Assembly (NCBI GenBank): GCA_963755715.1
Contig: CAVWLW010000024.1
Span: 32,001-96,000 of the forward strand
Direction of reading: 5' to 3'
Length of the DNA stretch: 64,000 bases
Source: an uncultured delta proteobacterium
Lineage (GTDB): Bacteria; Desulfobacterota; Binatia; UBA9968
Every line of letters starts with the position of its first letter. The stretch's first letter is position 1. Below are positions 10,570-19,191 of this stretch, piece after piece. The notes beneath the pieces are model-generated. The model searched no databases, was not told where the DNA came from, and saw nothing but the letters and a program-made list of their open reading frames with translations. The position numbers and the translations under genes are program-made.

Positions 10570-11775
10570 GTGAGTGTGGCAGGCGATTCAAAACCTTCGC
10601 GCGCGTTAGATGGAGTCAAGATTTTAGCTTTCGAGCAGGTGCTGTCGGGACCTTTTGCTACTTGTTTGCTTGCCGACATGGGCGCGGAGGTCATCAAAGT
10701 CGAACGGCCGGGTGTCGGCGACGTGATCCGCTCTTGGGATTCGGTCGTGAAGGGATTGTCTTCCGGTTACGTTTGGCTCAACCGCAACAAACGGAGCCTG
10801 ACTGTCGACGTTAAAAAAGAACAAGGCCGCGAGATTCTCCAGAAGTTGGCAAAGCGATCGGATATATTTTTTGAAAACTACGCGCCCGGCGTCGCGGGAC
10901 GTTTGGGACTTGGTTACGAAAAGCTGAGCGAACTTAATCCACGACTGATTTACTGTTCGCTCTCGGGCTACGGCCAAGACGGTCCGTATCGGGACGTCAA
11001 GGCGTACGACTTACTGATTCAAGGCGAGGGCGGCATCATCGCCACCACCGGTTATCCCGACAAACCTGCACGCGCGGGCATTGCGATCGCCGACATCGCT
11101 TCCGGCATGTACGCGGCCATCGGAATTCTTCTTGCGCTTTACCAGCGAGAAAAAACCGGTGAGGGGCAGTTGATCGACGTTTCGATGCTCGACTCGATCG
11201 TCTCCTGGCTAGGTTATTTTCCGCATCACTATTGGCATGCCGGGGAAGAGCCCGCGCGGGTGGGCATGCGCCACCACTACGTCACGCCTTATGGTCCGTA
11301 TCTTGCCGGCGACGGCGAGTATGTGAATCTCGCGGTGGCGAGCGCTTCGGACTGGGAAGTGTTTTGCAAAAAAGTCATCGAGAAGCCGGAGCTACTCTCC
11401 GACGATCGCTTTGCCAGCGTCGAAGGTCGGCGGAAGAATCGCGGAGTTTTGGAAGAAACCATCGAGAACATTTTTCTTGAAAAAGATCACAAGCATTGGC
11501 TCGATCAGCTCAAGAAAGCCGACCTGCCGCACGGCATCGTGCGCGGCATCGCGCAAGTGCTCGCTCATCCGCAAGTCGCGGCACGCAAGCTCATTCGCGA
11601 GGCTGAATCACCGGTAGGCAAGGTCCCCGTGATTGCCAACGCGCTCAAAATGTCGCGCAGCGATGCGCGCTATGACCGCATTCCCGGATTGGGCGAAGAC
11701 AGTGGGACCATCCTGAGCGAGTTGGGTTACACCGGGGAAGCCATCGAAGCCCTAAAGCGAGAGAAAGTCATTTAA
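10570..11775 (+). CDS. Family III CoA-transferase (CaiB/BaiF)
   Basis: LDGVKIL...GPFATCLLADMGAEVIKVERPG, NRNKRS, SGYGQDGP and catalytic-region ADIASG. Confidence 0.93.
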   Translation: MSVAGDSKPSRALDGVKILAFEQVLSGPFATCLLADMGAEVIKVERPGVGDVIRSWDSVVKGLSSGYVWLNRNKRSLTVDVKKEQGREILQKLAKRSDIFFENYAPGVAGRLGLGYEKLSELNPRLIYCSLSGYGQDGPYRDVKAYDLLIQGEGGIIATTGYPDKPARAGIAIADIASGMYAAIGILLALYQREKTGEGQLIDVSMLDSIVSWLGYFPHHYWHAGEEPARVGMRHHYVTPYGPYLAGDGEYVNLAVASASDWEVFCKKVIEKPELLSDDRFASVEGRRKNRGVLEETIENIFLEKDHKHWLDQLKKADLPHGIVRGIAQVLAHPQVAARKLIREAESPVGKVPVIANALKMSRSDARYDRIPGLGEDSGTILSELGYTGEAIEALKREKVI

Positions 11776-11813
11776 CTCACTGCCGGCGGTGTGAGACTGG
11801 ATCGGCGACCGAA

Positions 11814-12395
11814 GTGATAAAGTCATCTGCGCGCAAGGTAGTCGTTGGCGTCATGGGCGCATCTGCAAACGATGCGTTCAGCGCGGCAGAGGCGCATCGC
11901 GTCCAAGCGCTCGCCGAAGGTCTCGGCGCTGCGATCGCGCGCGCGGGTTGTATTCTGATCACGGGCGCGACGACGGGATTGCCGGACTTAGTGGCGCAAG
12001 CATGTCGCAATAATGGCGGTTTTGCGCTCGGAGTCTCGCCGGCGGAGAATCGCAATGAGCACGTCGGGCGCTATGGTTTGCCCGACGACGGTGCCGATGT
12101 GATTATTTATACCGGCTTCGGCTACAAAGGGCGCAACGTCATCAACGTCCGCTCGGCGGACATCGTGTTGATCATCGGTGGCGCCACTGGCACGCTCAAC
12201 GAGTTCACCATCGCCTACGACGAAGGGAAGATCATCGGCGTGCTCGAAGGCAGCGGTGGTGTTGCCGATCATCTCAACGAGATCATCGAGTTCTGCAAGA
12301 AACCGAGTGCTGGAGCGGTATTCCTCGACCGCGATCCAGTGAAACTTGTAACGCGCTGTGTAGACGCTTTCGCTTCTTCACTGGCGGCGCTTTAA
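11814..12395 (+). CDS. LOG/SLOG-family Rossmann protein (TIGR00725-like)
   Basis: VGVMGA, LITGATTGLP, RNVINVRSAD and GGATGTLNE. Confidence 0.8.
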   Translation: MIKSSARKVVVGVMGASANDAFSAAEAHRVQALAEGLGAAIARAGCILITGATTGLPDLVAQACRNNGGFALGVSPAENRNEHVGRYGLPDDGADVIIYTGFGYKGRNVINVRSADIVLIIGGATGTLNEFTIAYDEGKIIGVLEGSGGVADHLNEIIEFCKKPSAGAVFLDRDPVKLVTRCVDAFASSLAAL

Positions 12396-12986
12396 GGAGC
12401 CGCCGCCCGAGTCGTTGCCGCTGGTTTCGGCCGCGGGTTCTTTTGGCTTGCCAAGTATTCCTGCGTGAATTTTTTGAGCTGAGCGCTTTTGAGTCCGCTC
12501 CGACTGGCTTCTTCCACGGCTTTGTCTTCGCTCCATCCTTGTTCGACGATGCGAAAAATCAACATGAACGGCGCGACACGCTCGGCGAAGGCGCAGTTGA
12601 TCAGCATGGGGTGATTGGCCGGCTCCCTAACAAGATTTAGGAATTCATCCACTTGGTTGTGGCGTGGCAGTTTCACGGCGGCCGGGATGTTGAAATAGCT
12701 CAGTTTGTTTTGTTCGACGATAAAGCGCTCGCGCATCGGATCGACGCCGTCTTTAGGCGCTCGAAGGGTTAGTACAGAACGAAAACCGTTGGCGGCGGCC
12801 TTCGCGTAGGCCGAGTGCGTCGGCTGGCCGCCCACGGCAGGTTTGTCGTCGATGCAGAGCACGACCGGCGCTTCGACCTTCACCGAGCGTTCGAATTGGC
12901 TCGAGGAGCGGCTGCTCGGCCGAACTGGTTCGCGCCGGCGCCAAGAGCAGCGCGACGATAGCTAAAATTAGTTTTATATTTTTCAC
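12392..12986 (-). CDS. Secreted DUF442/Blh-like (PTP-fold) protein, copy 2, frameshifted
   Basis: Signal peptide in ORF 12753..12986 joins ORF 12392..12883 (GGQPT, YFNIP, PMLINCAFAER); indel at about 12888; clear paralog of the adjacent gene. Confidence 0.75.
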
Positions 12987-13003
12987 AGAACGTGGGGGCA
13001 GCG

Positions 13004-13576
13004 CTATCGGGATTGCAGTTTTTGACTGGCAATATAATCTCTGGCGAATCTTTTCAGCCCCTCGCTGCTCAGGCCGATCTTGATCGCTTCATCCAGTGCC
13101 TTATCTTCACTCCAACCCTGGTCAACGACGCGCAAGATCATCATGAATGCGCCGACCCGATTGGCGCTGGCGCAGTTGACCAACATCGGGTGGTTGGCCT
13201 TGTCGCGAGCCAGGCGAAGAAACTCGTCGGCCTGTTCCGGGCGAGGCGATGCGCCGTTCACCGGGATATTGAAATAGCGCATCTTGGCATTTTCCACCTG
13301 GGCGCGCTCACGGACCAAATCGATGCCTTCACCGGCAGTGCGCAAGCTCAAGACCGCATGAAAGCCGCTAGCGGCGGCTTTGACGTAGGCGTCGCCGGTG
13401 GGTTGTGCTCCGGTGGCAAAGTTTTCGTCCAAGCACAATATCCGCGGCACGTCAGGACTCAAGATTTTCTGGATCTGATCCAGACGCGCGCGCTCCGCTT
13501 TCGGGGTTTCCGCTGCGCCGGCGGCGATAGCGATGCTGAAACTAATGACGGCGATGATTGTCAAAAAGGTTTTCAT
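13004..13576 (-). CDS. Secreted DUF442/Blh-like (PTP-fold) protein, copy 1
   Basis: Start MKTFLTIIAVISFSIAIAAGA (signal peptide) at 13576; GAQPT, VLSLR, YFNIPV and PMLVNCASANRVG (Cx4R loop). Confidence 0.8.
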   Translation of the reverse strand: MKTFLTIIAVISFSIAIAAGAAETPKAERARLDQIQKILSPDVPRILCLDENFATGAQPTGDAYVKAAASGFHAVLSLRTAGEGIDLVRERAQVENAKMRYFNIPVNGASPRPEQADEFLRLARDKANHPMLVNCASANRVGAFMMILRVVDQGWSEDKALDEAIKIGLSSEGLKRFARDYIASQKLQSR

Positions 13577-13599
13577 GGTGATCGGGCCCAGCAATGGTT

Positions 13600-14598
13600 T
13601 TACAGCTTGAACAAACCCGCGGCAGTTTTGCCGAGGATCGCGGTCTTGTCGGTGTCGGAGCAGGACGCTTGGCGAACCATATTGAGCGACTCGGTCAGAT
13701 TTGCCGCCGTCTTGCATTCCAGCGGGTAATCGCTGCCGAACATGATGCGATCGGCGGTCGTGATATTGAACGCCGCTGCCATCGCCGGCAACCACGCGCC
13801 CGTGCCAGCAGTATCGAAATAGAGGCGCTGAAAAAGTTTTTCAAAGCGTTCGGTAAGGCCGAATCTTTTTTGCTCCGCCTGAGTTTTTAGGTAACCTTTC
13901 ATGTCCGTGGGGATGTCCGCATCCTCGGTTTCGAAAAAAGCCATCATGCGCCCTTTGAGCGAAGAGGTGGCGCCGCCCAGATGCGGCATGATGAAGCGCA
14001 GCTCCGGATAGCGCGGCAAGACGCTGTTCATGACGCGCACGATCGCCTGCGTGGTTTCCAAGGGCCGGAACACGCAGCGGTCTAAGTTGTAAAGGGTGTC
14101 TGAGCCGGTCGGCTTCGACTGGGGATGAATAACGATCGGTAGATTGCTTTTCTGAATGGTCTCGAAGAGCGGGTTCATGACCGGATTGTCGAGTTGGACG
14201 TCGAGATGACAGGCAAGCAGCGCGACCGCGCGCAAGCCCAGTTCGTGGATGCCCCGTTCGAGCTCGCGCTTGGCGGCTTCGGGTTCGTGAACTGGCAGGT
14301 GAATGCAGCCGCGGAAGCGCCGCGGATGTTTTTTTTCGACTTCGGCGATGCCGTCGTTGAGAGAGCGAGCGACTTCGGCGCCCATCACCTGCACCTGGTC
14401 CGTCAAAATTGAAACTGTGATGCCGGCTTCGTCCATGCATTGGATGTGCGCTTCGAGATCTTTGCGCGAGGGGTGAAGCGTCAAGCTGATTTCGTTCGTT
14501 ACGATACGTTTGCCGCCAGCCATTTTAGCGAGACGGTCGAACAACATTTCTGGCATGTAATGATGATGCACATCGACGATCAGTTCGGCTGCAGCCAT
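13600..14598 (-). CDS. Amidohydrolase_2-family protein (ACMSD/decarboxylase-like)
   Basis: DVHHHY, IVIHP, PHLGG, YFDT and FGSDYP; AGGAG RBS before ATG 14598. Confidence 0.88.
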   Translation of the reverse strand: MAAAELIVDVHHHYMPEMLFDRLAKMAGGKRIVTNEISLTLHPSRKDLEAHIQCMDEAGITVSILTDQVQVMGAEVARSLNDGIAEVEKKHPRRFRGCIHLPVHEPEAAKRELERGIHELGLRAVALLACHLDVQLDNPVMNPLFETIQKSNLPIVIHPQSKPTGSDTLYNLDRCVFRPLETTQAIVRVMNSVLPRYPELRFIMPHLGGATSSLKGRMMAFFETEDADIPTDMKGYLKTQAEQKRFGLTERFEKLFQRLYFDTAGTGAWLPAMAAAFNITTADRIMFGSDYPLECKTAANLTESLNMVRQASCSDTDKTAILGKTAAGLFKL

Positions 14599-14671
14599 AG
14601 TATCTAGGAACTCCTTGTCTGGGGTGATGTTGGTCAACCTACGTCACGACGCATGTGACTGCAAGAGAGGT

Positions 14672-15406
14672 TTAGACGGATCGTGTCTGCGAATTTGCTA
14701 CTTCTGTCGAGGCGCGCAGAGGGATCAAATAGGAAGCGAACAATATGAATAACGGCATAATCACCGCGTGCACGAAGAAATCGGCCGGCGTCCAAGCGTA
14801 GCTCGCAAAATACGGTGAAGCGCAAGGCGGACATAGCCACATCAGCGGTCCGGCAAAATAAAAGGAATTTTGCACGCCGCCGAACATGAGCCTTTCCCCG
14901 AATAAGGCTGTGGCGCCACCGAGTGCGAATGTGCATGACACTAACCAGAGACGATCGAGCCACTTGTTCCAGAATCGAAAGAACAATGCGCCAAGAAGAA
15001 ACAAGTAGAGAAAATATGTATAGAGAATTAAGTGGAAAAGCTCGAGTGGGTCCGCGTGATATACCGAGTGCAGGCCGAAATTTTTGAACACCTGGACTGG
15101 ATGCGGCCGATCCCAGCGGAAGAATATCGCTTTGGAGGCGTAATCGGTAATTATTACTCCGAGCAGCAGCCGCATATAAAGCTTAGTTTCTCCCGCAGTC
15201 GGTTTTCGCCATGTTCCTCTGACGGGAAAATCGGGATGTGTCGTGGTAAGCAACCAGCAGCCGAGCAATACACCGGTCCAAATCAGCGCGTCTCGCAGCG
15301 CTTGTACGCGGTTTGCGCCGTCACTTGATGCTGCGCCAAGCCAAAGCGGCGCCACGAGCGCGAGCACCAAGCCGATGGCATAGTACTTTTTGAAAAATTC
15401 GATCAC
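14672..15406 (-). CDS. Membrane protein with a degenerate signal peptidase II (LspA)-like domain
   Basis: DYASK, LGGATALFGER, GGVQNSF and WTPAD occur in the order of LspA motifs DQxTK, GGAxGNxxDR, GxVxDF and FNxAD. Confidence 0.6.
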   Translation of the reverse strand: MIEFFKKYYAIGLVLALVAPLWLGAASSDGANRVQALRDALIWTGVLLGCWLLTTTHPDFPVRGTWRKPTAGETKLYMRLLLGVIITDYASKAIFFRWDRPHPVQVFKNFGLHSVYHADPLELFHLILYTYFLYLFLLGALFFRFWNKWLDRLWLVSCTFALGGATALFGERLMFGGVQNSFYFAGPLMWLCPPCASPYFASYAWTPADFFVHAVIMPLFILFASYLIPLRASTEVANSQTRSV

Positions 15407-15407
15407 G

Positions 15408-16089
15408 TCAGAGCCCGCGCACGATTCCAGCTTCGCCTCGGCCGCTGCCTAATGCTTGCAGCAATTCCGGCGTGATTTCTTTTAGCGACGCACAAATCTT
15501 CGTTGCCTTGGAAAAATCGTGATGGCGCGTGTAGTCGTTCGGCACGGCGATGGAAAGCATGCCGGCAAGATGGGCGGCCAGGATGCCTTTCTCGGCGTCT
15601 TCCACGACTAAGCATTGCTCTGGCTCGACGCCGAGGTGCATGGGCGGCTTTGAGAAAAATGTCCGGCGCCGGTTTCACCTGTGCCACGTCCAGGCCGCTG
15701 ACGATCACCTCGAAATAATGGGCGATATCGAGGCCGGCCAAGACGCCGTCAATCGCGTCGCGGTAGGAGGAGGACGCGAGCGCGAGATGCATCTTACCGC
15801 GAATGGCTTCGAGCAGCTCGAGCGCGCCTTCCATCGGGCGGAGCGATGAAATCAAGAGATCCAAATAATGTTCGGCTTTGCGCAGGCGAAGCGAGTGAGG
15901 ATCCAAATCGAGCTTCTGCAGGGTGACCCAGTCGGCGATACCCTTGCCGAAGCGCACCCAGTGCTCGCAATAGTCCGTTTCGTCGAGCTCGACACCGTGC
16001 TCCAAAAGCGCCATTTGATAGGCGCGGCAATGTAACCGTTCAGTGTCTGCCAGGAGGCCGTCCAGATCGAATATAACCGTGCTGATCAT
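15408..16089 (-). CDS. HAD-family phosphatase (CbbY/beta-PGM-like), frameshifted
   Basis: FDLDGLLADTE, ASSS and KPAPDIF; C-terminal CLVVEDAEKG lies in ORF 15408..15641 after an extra C at about 15643. Confidence 0.88.
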
Positions 16090-16180
16090 AGTGAATTCGC
16101 AAAGCCAATTTTACTGTAATTTTGACCGGTTTTCATCCGTGCGGCGACAGAGCCATGAAGGTCCTCTAAGAGGAGTCAAT

Positions 16181-16217
16181 AAAAAAGGCCCAAGCTCTTA
16201 CGAGCCGGGGCCTTTTT
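16181..16217 (-). terminator. Intrinsic terminator (possibly bidirectional) after the Spy/CpxP-like gene
   Basis: AAAAAAGGCCC-loop-GGGCCTTTTT stem with T-tracts on both strands. Confidence 0.75.
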
Positions 16218-16239
16218 AGTTGATTTGGTGTTCAGTGAG

Positions 16240-16755
16240 TTACGACGGCTGGCCTTGCGAGCCGTGGAAATTCTCGTGACGAGAGCGAACCAGCGTTTTT
16301 AACTGATCTTGCTGCTGCGCCGACAGCACGGTACGGCCGTTCTCCAGAGCTTCGAGGCGCAAATAGCGCAGTTCGGAACGATACTTTTCGGTTTCCTGAA
16401 TCTTGGTTTTGACCTGGATCAAGTTAGCGGGTGTCTGCTGCATCAGACCGGCGATATCTTTTTCGATCGTCTGCAGTTGTTGGCTGAGCGGGGTAACTTG
16501 AGCCTGATAATGGCTTTTGATTTGTTCCAACTTGGCGACCTGGTCAGTCGTCAAATTGAGCTCGCTCTTGTGGTTAAGAGCAATCGTGATCAGCGGCGCT
16601 CCGCTAAACGGTCCAAACATGCGGTCACCGCGAGCAAAGGGCCTTTTAGTCGGCTGAGCTGTTTCCGGTCCCGCCGCGAGCGGGGCAGTGACTAAAGCGC
16701 CGGCTGCTAAAACCGCAAATGCACTACCCAATATAAACTTCCGAATCTTTTTCAT
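16240..16755 (-). CDS. Spy/CpxP-family periplasmic chaperone
   Basis: Signal peptide; LTxxQ-type motifs LNLTTDQ and VLSAQQQ; helical body; AAGGAG RBS. Confidence 0.8.
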   Translation of the reverse strand: MKKIRKFILGSAFAVLAAGALVTAPLAAGPETAQPTKRPFARGDRMFGPFSGAPLITIALNHKSELNLTTDQVAKLEQIKSHYQAQVTPLSQQLQTIEKDIAGLMQQTPANLIQVKTKIQETEKYRSELRYLRLEALENGRTVLSAQQQDQLKTLVRSRHENFHGSQGQPS

Positions 16756-16789
16756 AGTTTCTCCTTAAAAAGTTCTTGATTCTTGCGAG

Positions 16790-16818
16790 TTAGACGAAGG
16801 GCCGCTAGAAAAGTTTAC
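16790..16818 (-). promoter_or_regulatory. ECF sigma-type promoter
   Basis: Minus strand reads GTAAAC-N16-CGTCTAA, about 35 nt upstream of the Spy/CpxP-like start. Confidence 0.6.
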
Positions 16819-17049
16819 CAAGCCTCCCCGCCTAACGGATGGCAGTTAGGAGAGCGCCTAATTTACCATCGACAAAAAGATACTTAAGTAGGTATTCTTG
16901 TTGTTTTCAAAGTGGTTGCAGCTAAAACATCGACAATTGATTGAATCCTAGGTCGGTTTGTCGTTGGGCTTGCATCCGCACTCGCTCATCCATTAGATAG
17001 ATTCTAGATAGATTCGGTGGCGGCAGATTTATTTCCGAAGGGAGAAACA

Positions 17050-17511
17050 ATGGAGATCGAAAAGAAACTGAAAAGCCTAGGCTTTGACCTGCCCAATCCG
17101 CCGGTGCCGGCGGCGAACTACATCGGCTCGGTGCGGGTGGGCAATCTATTGTTCGTCGGCGGCAACATCGGACGCATCAACGGCACGCTTAAATATCGGG
17201 GCAAAGTCGGCGGCGCGGTGACTTTGGAACAGGCCTACGAGGCTGCGCGTAATTGCGCGCTCAATCATCTCGCGCTCATGAAAGCGGCGCTAGGCGATCT
17301 CGATAGAGTGGAGCGGATCGTGAAAGTGCTCGGCTATGTCAACGTCGCGCCAGGATTCACCGAGATGCCGAAGGTTGTGAACGGCGAGTCGGACTTGCTG
17401 GTGCAGCTTTGGGGCGAGCAGGGTCAGCACACGCGCGCCGCAGTGGGCGTGGCGGCGCTCAGCCAGGATTCACCGGTAGAAACCGAAGTCACGGTGCAGG
17501 TGAAAGAATAG
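17050..17511 (+). CDS. RidA/YjgF-family protein
   Basis: PAANYIG, GNLLFVGG, VVNGESDL and HTRAAVGV; GGGAG RBS before ATG 17050. Confidence 0.9.
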   Translation: MEIEKKLKSLGFDLPNPPVPAANYIGSVRVGNLLFVGGNIGRINGTLKYRGKVGGAVTLEQAYEAARNCALNHLALMKAALGDLDRVERIVKVLGYVNVAPGFTEMPKVVNGESDLLVQLWGEQGQHTRAAVGVAALSQDSPVETEVTVQVKE

Positions 17512-17675
17512 ACCACGCGGAGATCATTGGATCATCTAGGAGCGCGCTTGGATCAATACGCAATTGGCGCGCCCTTGACTTGGTCCTCGGCGATCCGTCT
17601 TGCCTGGCGAAAAACTCGCAAAGAAAGCGGGCTGCTTGATCGGCGCTCGCTCCCAGCCATGCGATGACGTAGCTC

Positions 17676-18008
17676 TCATTCGTCCAGTGGTAAGAGCTGG
17701 CGTAGGATCATGCCACTGGTGAGAAGGAGCGCGCCGGTGATAATCGCAGCGCCGAGCGGAGCCAGGGTGATGAATTCGATGACGGTGACTGCGGCCGCGA
17801 CAACGATGGCGAGGCTGAGCTTGAGATAAAACGTTATGGTTTCCGAGCGCCGCTTGGGGTTGCCAAAAAGAAGCGAGCGGTCGATTTCAGAAAAGATCGG
17901 TTGTTTTCTGCGCCAGCGGCGAAACTGAATCAGTCTGACCGTGAACCAGATCACGAAGAAAAGGACCGGCGCTTCGGACAGGATGTATCCCATTTTTTCC
18001 ATGAGCAT
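17676..18008 (-). CDS. Hypothetical small membrane protein (about 3 TM)
   Basis: Hydrophobic segments separated by an Arg-rich loop; fills the gap between neighbouring genes. Confidence 0.6.
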   Translation of the reverse strand: MLMEKMGYILSEAPVLFFVIWFTVRLIQFRRWRRKQPIFSEIDRSLLFGNPKRRSETITFYLKLSLAIVVAAAVTVIEFITLAPLGAAIITGALLLTSGMILRQLLPLDE

Positions 18009-18235
18009 GTGACTGTTGCGCTCTTCGAGAGCATCTCCTTGAAGTCATATTTTCAGCACTACGCTCCGTTGAACGTATTATAAGAGCGTGCAGCGCAAGT
18101 CAAAGCCCCAGTCTGCTGGGTTGCCGACGCGCTGGAATTCGCCTTTGTTGATTTTATTTTGGCAAAAAATATCGGCGGCTTGAAGTACCGCAGGTTATTT
18201 TTGCTTGTCGAGCCTCGGCGCCGCGCGAGCGCGGA

Positions 18236-19078
18236 TCAATCGCGCAGCGCTTGAACCACTTTGGCGACGGTGAGGACGGGCTCGGTTTGATCTTTAAAGC
18301 AGGCAAGCCGCTCACAAATTTCAGCGGCCGCGAGGTGAAAGCCCGTCGGCAAGCCGGCGCCCTCGAACGCCTCGGCGATCTCGCGCATTTCGCCGACGAA
18401 GCGCCATGCCTTCGGCGCGGCGACCGCCGCGGCGCGTTCGCATTTCTTTTCGAGCGCCGGCTGGGAAATCGACCATTCTTCGAGGAGCGCCTGGTCGACG
18501 CCTTCGTGGGTGGCCAATGCACGGATTGCCAGAACCAAAGCGTCGGTGCATTTTGTCCAGGCGGCATAGGTGACCTTCAATGCCGAGGCTGCTCCCGGAG
18601 CGGGGCCGATCGCTCGAGCGTCGAGCATGCTGCCGCTAAAAAGGGCGGCAACTTCCGAGGCGCGCGAGCCGGAAAGATAGAGACGCGTGGTGCCGGCTTT
18701 TTGAACCGGCGCGCCGATGATGCCGCCGTCGACAAAGCTGGCGCCGGACGCGCCGACGATCGCGCCGATCTGCTCCGCGGTCGCGCGCGATACGGCATTG
18801 GCGTCGACGTAAATGCCTGAGAATCTTTCCGCTGCTACAGCGCGCGCAACATCGAGCGCCGCGTGCGGTGGACAAACGGATAAGACCACGTCCGCTTGGC
18901 GCAGCGCGTCGGCCAAAGTCCCCGCATCGAAAAGTCCTGCGCGCTCGGCGCGTCGGCGCGTCGCCGCGCCGCGTTCGTGCGATGCCCACAAGACGCGAGC
19001 GCCGCTCGCCGCTGCAGCCGCGCCGATCGTCGCGCCCATATTGCCCGGATGGAACAGTGCGATGGTTTTCTTGGCCAT
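18236..19078 (-). CDS. NAD(P)-dependent oxidoreductase (6PGD-like N-terminus, DUF1932-like C-terminus)
   Basis: HPGNMGA, SVCPPHAA, YVDANAVS, FVDGGIIG and KAWRFVGEMREIA; GAGGAGG RBS. Confidence 0.85.
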   Translation of the reverse strand: MAKKTIALFHPGNMGATIGAAAAASGARVLWASHERGAATRRRAERAGLFDAGTLADALRQADVVLSVCPPHAALDVARAVAAERFSGIYVDANAVSRATAEQIGAIVGASGASFVDGGIIGAPVQKAGTTRLYLSGSRASEVAALFSGSMLDARAIGPAPGAASALKVTYAAWTKCTDALVLAIRALATHEGVDQALLEEWSISQPALEKKCERAAAVAAPKAWRFVGEMREIAEAFEGAGLPTGFHLAAAEICERLACFKDQTEPVLTVAKVVQALRD

Positions 19079-19191
19079 GGGATATTCCTCCTCTTTGTAC
19101 CCTAGTCGAAGCGCTCGATCGGAGTCAAGAAAAGGCGCCCGTTGCGCGGCGGATTCTTGACGATCTGATAGCGCGTTGATATGCCAGCAAC

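Noticed and set aside
11814-12395. SLOG protein as part of an anti-phage or nucleotide-signalling system
   Set aside because: Stand-alone TIGR00725-like gene in a metabolic context, with no TIR, Sir2, cyclase or effector neighbours
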